DNA from: Nemertoderma westbladi
Taxonomy: Eukaryota; Animalia; Xenacoelomorpha
NCBI GenBank assembly: GCA_032718475.1
Contig: JAUCBJ010003393.1
Location: 1 to 37,030 of the forward strand
Reading direction: 5' to 3'
Length of the DNA stretch: 37,030 bases
The translations under genes were made by a program, and so were the position numbers. Position 1 is the first letter of the stretch. Each line of letters starts with the position of its first letter. Of this stretch, positions 31,385-37,030 are shown piece after piece. Below the pieces are notes generated by a model. The model ran no database searches. It saw only the letters and a list, made by a program, of their open reading frames with translations, and was not told the origin of the DNA.

Positions 31385-32791
31385 TGACTGCTACCGAGGG
31401 ATAGCGCTACTTTCGTGTATGCTAAAAACATACACGTCTATCTTAGCAATGAGACTCTACAGCTGGGTGGAACGCAACGGCATACTCCCCGACGCCCAAT
31501 ACGGGTTCAGGAAGGCGCGATCCACGATAGACGCCGTTAGATGTCTGTACTACCGTATAAACATTGCAATTCAACCAACAGGCGGACACGTTTATTGCGT
31601 TTTTGTAGACTTCCGAAAATGTTTCGATTCAATAAATCGCGAGATCCTATGTATGAAATTATCGAATCTTGGAATAAGTCGTAAGTTCATCACAGCGATA
31701 TGGGCCTTGATATCTATAAACTTTGTATGTATCTGCGTTGGAATTCACATATTGGAACCGATCGCACAAACAATTGGCGTAGTGCAGGGTCATAAACTTT
31801 CATTGCAAGTCTTTTCATTGCGGACCTTCCTGCATGCATCGTAATCGCTTCTATATGGGTTATTATGTATGCTGATGACCTTGTTATTGTTGGTGACACA
31901 ATCGCAGACGTACAAATCAGCTTAAATAAATTGGCAGATTATTGTAAAACGAATGGGCTCCAGGTAAATCTCGATGAAACCAAAGCAGTAAAGTTCCGCA
32001 AAAGAGGTAGATTATCATGTAATGATGTTCTAGAATACAACGGCCAATCAATTGAATTCCAGAATACTTTCCAATACCTGGGGGTTATTCTATCTACTAA
32101 AAATGGCGCACGTGGCCACTTCGATCATTTATATTCAAAAGGAGTCTCCAATTGTGTAATGATCGCTACCAAGGTGAATATGCGTATAATATCGATCGAA
32201 TCATCAAAACGTATATGGCAAGCTATACTGCCATCAACATCCTATGGCTGTAGCATATTCGCACACCACAGTGAAATCACACAACTGGACCATATTCGCC
32301 ACGATCGGGCTTTATACTGGAAGTTGTGGTATGGAATTAGCAAGTTCTCATCATCAACGGCGATCCTCAATGCAACTGATAACCCCCTGGATTCTGGAAT
32401 ATACCTGACTGGACTAACCGGATTTCGTCGTCGCTCTGCCGCGCTGCTTATATCGAACGGCTGCCACCACCGAATATGTACAAAAACAAACTGCTGGAGA
32501 CCCTCAGATGAATGCGTGTGTTGGATGTGCGGCTCCCCTGCAACTACTAAGGAACACTACCGCGAGTGTACACGTATACCGCAGTGCACATCGGAGCTGA
32601 GGACAGCCCTATGGCTAATAATGACAACAGACAAACCATGTATATAGCCACCCCCCCCCCCCCCCCCCCCCCCGGACTGTCCGTATTTTTACCTTTTAGT
32701 ATTGTATTTTATTTACTTATTTTGCTGTATTCAGTTTTTATAGAGTCTAATCAAATGTGTTCCATATGTTGGATTAAATATACAATCAATT
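31385..32791 (+). mobile_element. 5'-truncated LINE (RT + C-terminal Cys/His finger + 3' UTR)
   Basis: YRGIALL, QYGFRKARST, VDFRKCFD, GVVQG, MYADDLV, FQYLGV; GCHHRIC...CVCWMC...HYREC; ORFs 31419..31844 and 31865..32647. Confidence 0.85.
32651..32673 (+). repeat. C23 homopolymer just after the LINE stop codon
   Basis: Direct count. Confidence 0.9.
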
Positions 32792-33359
32792 AATGCATAA
32801 GAAACCGCCATGGGATAAGGTTGATAAAGTGGTTACTGCAGTAATAAATATTAGATACTGCAGTAATTAAGAAGTTCTTAGCTTCTTTCCTGTCTCAATT
32901 TTTCCGCAGATTTTTGGACAATATGGTGGTGAAGAAAAACAAAACCGCATTTTAGACATTTACGTCCCTGATTGGCTAGAGCTACAATAAGGCCTAATAT
33001 ATTACAATAATATACTATTAGTTGACACACAAACTTGGGGGCCCATCCATTCAAACAAAATAGTGGAGTAGTAGCTTACTAGGCCCACATGAGCACCTGT
33101 AGCTGGTGTTTCTATGGCAATTTCTATGGCAATTTCGTGTTATGGGGCTATTTTTCGAAATAAATAAAAGACACTGTAATACATTTTTTCGAAACATTTT
33201 TCCACATCCTGGGGTTGAGCTGCGTCGATTGATATAACTTTCATTGACGGATGAGCTATAGCTTCAGAGACATACATACATTCATAGATAGGTACGTTTA
33301 CAGTAAGAAGTCCTAACGAACTTCTAATAATATAGTAAACTTATTATTAAACAATTAGA

Positions 33360-34500
33360 TGTAATAACGCAAAGGGTTTATATACTGGTATGGTAATGTT
33401 GGACCTACAAAAGGCTTTCGATACTGTAGATCACGAAATTCTGCTTGGTAAGTTAGGCCTGATGGGTGTAGGTTCTATAGACTGGTTCAAGTCCTACCTG
33501 TCAGACAGAGGTCAAACTGTAGTCATTAGCAAATCGCAGTCTACTGTACAAGAGATTACCTGTGGTGTACGGCAAGGTAGTATATTAGGTCCTCTGCTTT
33601 TTGTATGCTATGTAAATGATATGATAAGTAGTATAGATCCCAATTTTAAACTCATTTTATATGCCGACGACAGTGCTCTTATTTTCTCTCATAAAGATCC
33701 TATCCATATTTCCCAAAAGTTAAGTGCAGTTCTAGAATCCTGTAATGAGTGGTTGGTTGATAATAAGCTATCCATTCACTACGGTAAAACTGAAAGTATT
33801 TTGTTTGGTTCCAAAAGAAAGTTAAAGAAGGTAACTAAGTTTGAAGTCACTAGTAATGGACATAAGATTGAAAATAAAAAGGAAGTTAAATATTTAGGCG
33901 CCACATTGGATAACTGCTTATCAGGAGAAAGTACAGTGAAAAATATTTTCTCGAAAGTTAACAGTAGGCTAGGTTTCTATACAGAAATAAAAATAGTTTG
34001 AACACCGACTCCCGCAAGTTACTTTGCTCTTCTTTAATACAGTGTCACATGGACTATGCGTGCTCTTCTTGGTACAGTATGAAGGCTTAACCAAACAGCT
34101 TAAATGTAAATTACAAGTAGCTCAGAATAAAGTAGTACGATTTATTAAAGACTACAAACCTAGGCAGCACCTAACTCCAGATGACTTTTCTGAATCTGGA
34201 CTACTTAACTTAGATAGTAGAGTTAAGCAGCTACGCCTTAACCATGTGCATAAAGTGTATAATGGTAAATGTCCCAATTACCTAAAACAAAAATTCAACA
34301 GAGTACGCGATACACACTCTTACAGTACCAGAGCTAGTGCTTCAAACTTCTACCTCCCGAATTGTAAATCCTTTGAATCTGATACTTTCTTTTTTAACGG
34401 CATAAAAAATTGGAACGCTCTGCCTAATGAAATTAAAAACCTAAATAATCAACATTCTTTTAAATCTGCATGTTCGCGCTTTTGAAGACCTTTAGCAGTT
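33360..34500 (+). mobile_element. 5'-truncated CR1/L2-group LINE RT fragment, frameshifted near 33975
   Basis: [66 protein letters not shown]. Confidence 0.9.
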
Positions 34501-34671
34501 TAACCTGCCAAAATTTATATGTCTTCTAGTTAATTAAAACCACTTTAGCATACGACAATATTTTATGCTAATACGCAAAACATTAGCCGAAGTCAGCCCA
34601 TGCGCGATCATTCACCCGATGGATCTACACCCGGGAGACTGAATTCGGATGCTTGAATTGGATTATTACAG

Positions 34672-35733
34672 TGTAAGGTTGTAGTGTATACCTAATGTAT
34701 TATTCGATAGATCGTTAATAATTAATCTCTGACAGATATTATTGGCTTTCGGGAAATATTAACAGTTCCTTTAGGACGTGGCGCTTTATCTATTTAAACA
34801 GAACTAAGACTTATACTAAACGCAACGATACTGCTTATGATTAAAGTATAAAACGTATTCTTTAGGAAATACTTTGTTACCAATCACAATCATACACACT
34901 ATTCTGCCGCCAGTCAGTACATTTGATCACACATAAAGAGAGCAGTAATTGACTCACGTAGGGTCTGCTAAATAACATTGGATTCAATACACACCACATT
35001 AATATAAATCGCAATTGTTATATATAGCCGGTCTCTCTAACCTGTAGTGTTATCAAGAAAATTGGGAATTGGGTGATTTATCCGTATTATCCAAATAGCA
35101 ATATTTCCATCAACAAATATTTACAATTAATAACTGACGGTAAAATAACAGTACAAACAATATGATCAATGCAATTAAATTAAGTGAGTATGTTAATTAA
35201 GATTGATCAATTAGTTAAGATTCGTTAGGTTAGGTAACAGTTTATACTTTCGATAATTCAAGCAGTTTACGGTACAGCAGTATCTATCCAAAAATGCCGA
35301 TGTTTCTGGCTTAGACAGCAATAACAACAAAGTATCAAGAAAAAACAGTAAGACTGAACACTCTCCTTATGATCGGCAGAAAAGCTACACGTCGACAGGA
35401 AAAACCGCCCTGATTGGCCCAAGCCAAACAAAGAACCACGCGGCCAATGGCTGTTTCCATGTCAGCAACCAGCTGCTAGATGTCGTAATATGAATCATCA
35501 CGGCTAAGCTGTGAAAGGTGGTTGGTGCATTACAAGTTTTTTGTCTTACCATGTCCGCTAAAACACGTATATAGCAGAATGATTTTTATGTCCGTTAAAA
35601 CACCTGTAAAGGTACCTTGCGGGCGAGGGGAATATATATACAGTTAGAAAACCTTTTTTAGAGTATTCCAGCGCCTGGGGGGGAACTGGCCAGCAAAGGC
35701 AAACGTATCAGTTATCCCACAAAAGCTTTTACA
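34672..35733 (-). repeat. Putative 3' LTR of element D
   Basis: Minus strand GGGAGCAG|TGTAAAAG resembles the BEL-C PPT/LTR junction GGAGCGG|TG; TGTAA...TTACA ends. No second copy in the window, so the left boundary is uncertain. Confidence 0.4.
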
Positions 35734-35811
35734 CTGCTCCCAGAAAATGGGATTTAAGTCTATAAAATATACAAAATCACAGTTTCTAAAATACAAAAAT
35801 ACTCTAAACAG

Positions 35812-37030
35812 TTAGTCTTTCTTGCGCGGACGGCGTTTACGTAGTTTTTTGAAGCTAGCAAGAGTCCTTTTCTCTTTGGGGCGAGCCACTTTACTAGGAG
35901 GGCTATAACTCCTGGGTGAAGGGTGCAATATGATTGCATCAGAAGGTATGGGATTGCGATCGGTATATCCGCCGGTCGAAGTACCGGGTTGATTAACATC
36001 AACGTCAGGGGAGAGGGGTCTAACGGCTTTGAGAGCTCGTTTCAAGACAGCCGCTCTTACGGGTCCTTTACGAGTGGTCTGAACGAGGGCCGTGGGTGGA
36101 CCATAGGCCGTTAGAAACTTCCTTGGTTTAATGGTTCTTTCTAATTCGCGTTCGCGGGCTCGATACTCGTAAGGCCGTCGATATACTTCTTGTAACTCAG
36201 GGTGTGAGTTGACGAATAAGTCTCCATAGGCAGGGTCTTGACGGATAAAGTTTATTAAGTTGTAAGACTGGATGTCACTCGGATTAATGCTCCTGAGAAA
36301 TTTACGCACATATTTGGTTGAAATACATTCTCCAACGCGCTTCAATAGTTCATAACTTGATAGGCGCGATTTCTGCTCGACGGAGGCAAACAAATATGGA
36401 TGGAACGCATAAACTCCTTCATAGGCGCGTCCAGGATAATAGCGATGGCGTGAATCACAATGTAAATCAGTGTTCGCTTCCCAAGCTCTGATGTAACGTA
36501 GTGTGATCATTTCATCTACGCTTTCCAAATCGTGATTAAAAAGGGCAATCGAAACTGGCATGTCCCTTTAGTTGACAATGGTGACATTGAGTCATAAATT
36601 GAGGGCAAACCGCAAAAATGTGCAAATTATTAAATCTGCAATACGCGCAATAAATTTCCATCGCCGGTTGTTCGTGGAAATAGGAACAGCGGACGTTTGT
36701 GTCCATGGGCGTAACATGGTCTCTCGATGCGCATAACCGACAACGTTGCCGAGAAACATAGTTGGCATGGCGATAATCGTACGCAGTGAGACACTGTGGA
36801 CCTTGATACCATTCTAGGATGTAATCGTTGTCGCTGTTCCGAGCGCGATAGGCTGAATCTCCTCAGATTCTAGGCATATTGGTTCGTCTTCCCAGTCTGT
36901 TACGAATAGAATTTTCGTGATCTATTCTCGGTTTATCGTTACGACTCCGCTGGGTATGATATTTAAATAGAACCATTTCCCTTTAGGGTGTCTACATCGT
37001 CCGTATCATGTAAATCGATAGGATGGCCGG
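35812..37030 (-). pseudogene. Element D accessory ORF, homologue of the BEL-C ORF3 C-terminal half (knuckles + downstream domain + basic tail)
   Basis: An unlisted frame at 36545..36742 reads CRLCASRDH...C, CAYCRFNNLHIFAVCPQFMTQCHHCQLKGHASFDC and shifts at the run 36538..36542 into ORF 35812..36561. Confidence 0.8.

Noticed and set aside
32566-32793. Poly-proline, hydrophobic 75-aa ORF
   Set aside because: A by-product of the C23 run and the T-rich LINE 3' UTR.
32800-33350. Possible MITE or other element between LINE fragments
   Set aside because: I could not find convincing terminal inverted repeats or a TSD.

Overview
Eukaryotic, almost certainly invertebrate animal, repeat-dense DNA. I found no host gene; nearly all of it is nested retroelements. 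Left to right: (A) a young LINE on the minus strand (ORF1 plus APE-RT, RTE-X-like; 1..~5421), apparently inserted into the 5' LTR of (B) a plus-strand BEL/Pao element (5422..12359). B is inserted into the 3' LTR of (C) a large, decayed minus-strand BEL/Pao element (12360..30263, LTRs >2 kb), which appears to sit inside an old LINE RT remnant (30264..~31270). Two more LINE fragments follow, then the 3' end of (D), a divergent relative of C (~34672..37030). Element C is the unusual one. Between integrase and the 3' LTR it carries an ancestral ~1300-codon accessory ORF with a WRN/RNase D-like DEDDy 3'-5' exonuclease-like domain and three CCHC knuckles, preceded by env-style splice signals. The knuckle region of this ORF is also present in D. 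C also carries 12 same-orientation copies of a 20-nt stem-loop (sense GGAAGGCT-NNNN-AGCCTACC). These are read in all three frames, one copy is non-coding, and one shows a compensatory base pair. Both LTRs of C hold a tRNA-derived Pol III cassette upstream of the Pol II promoter, and an 86-bp-arm perfect palindrome interrupts gag-pol. All family assignments are by-eye motif recognition; no searches were run.
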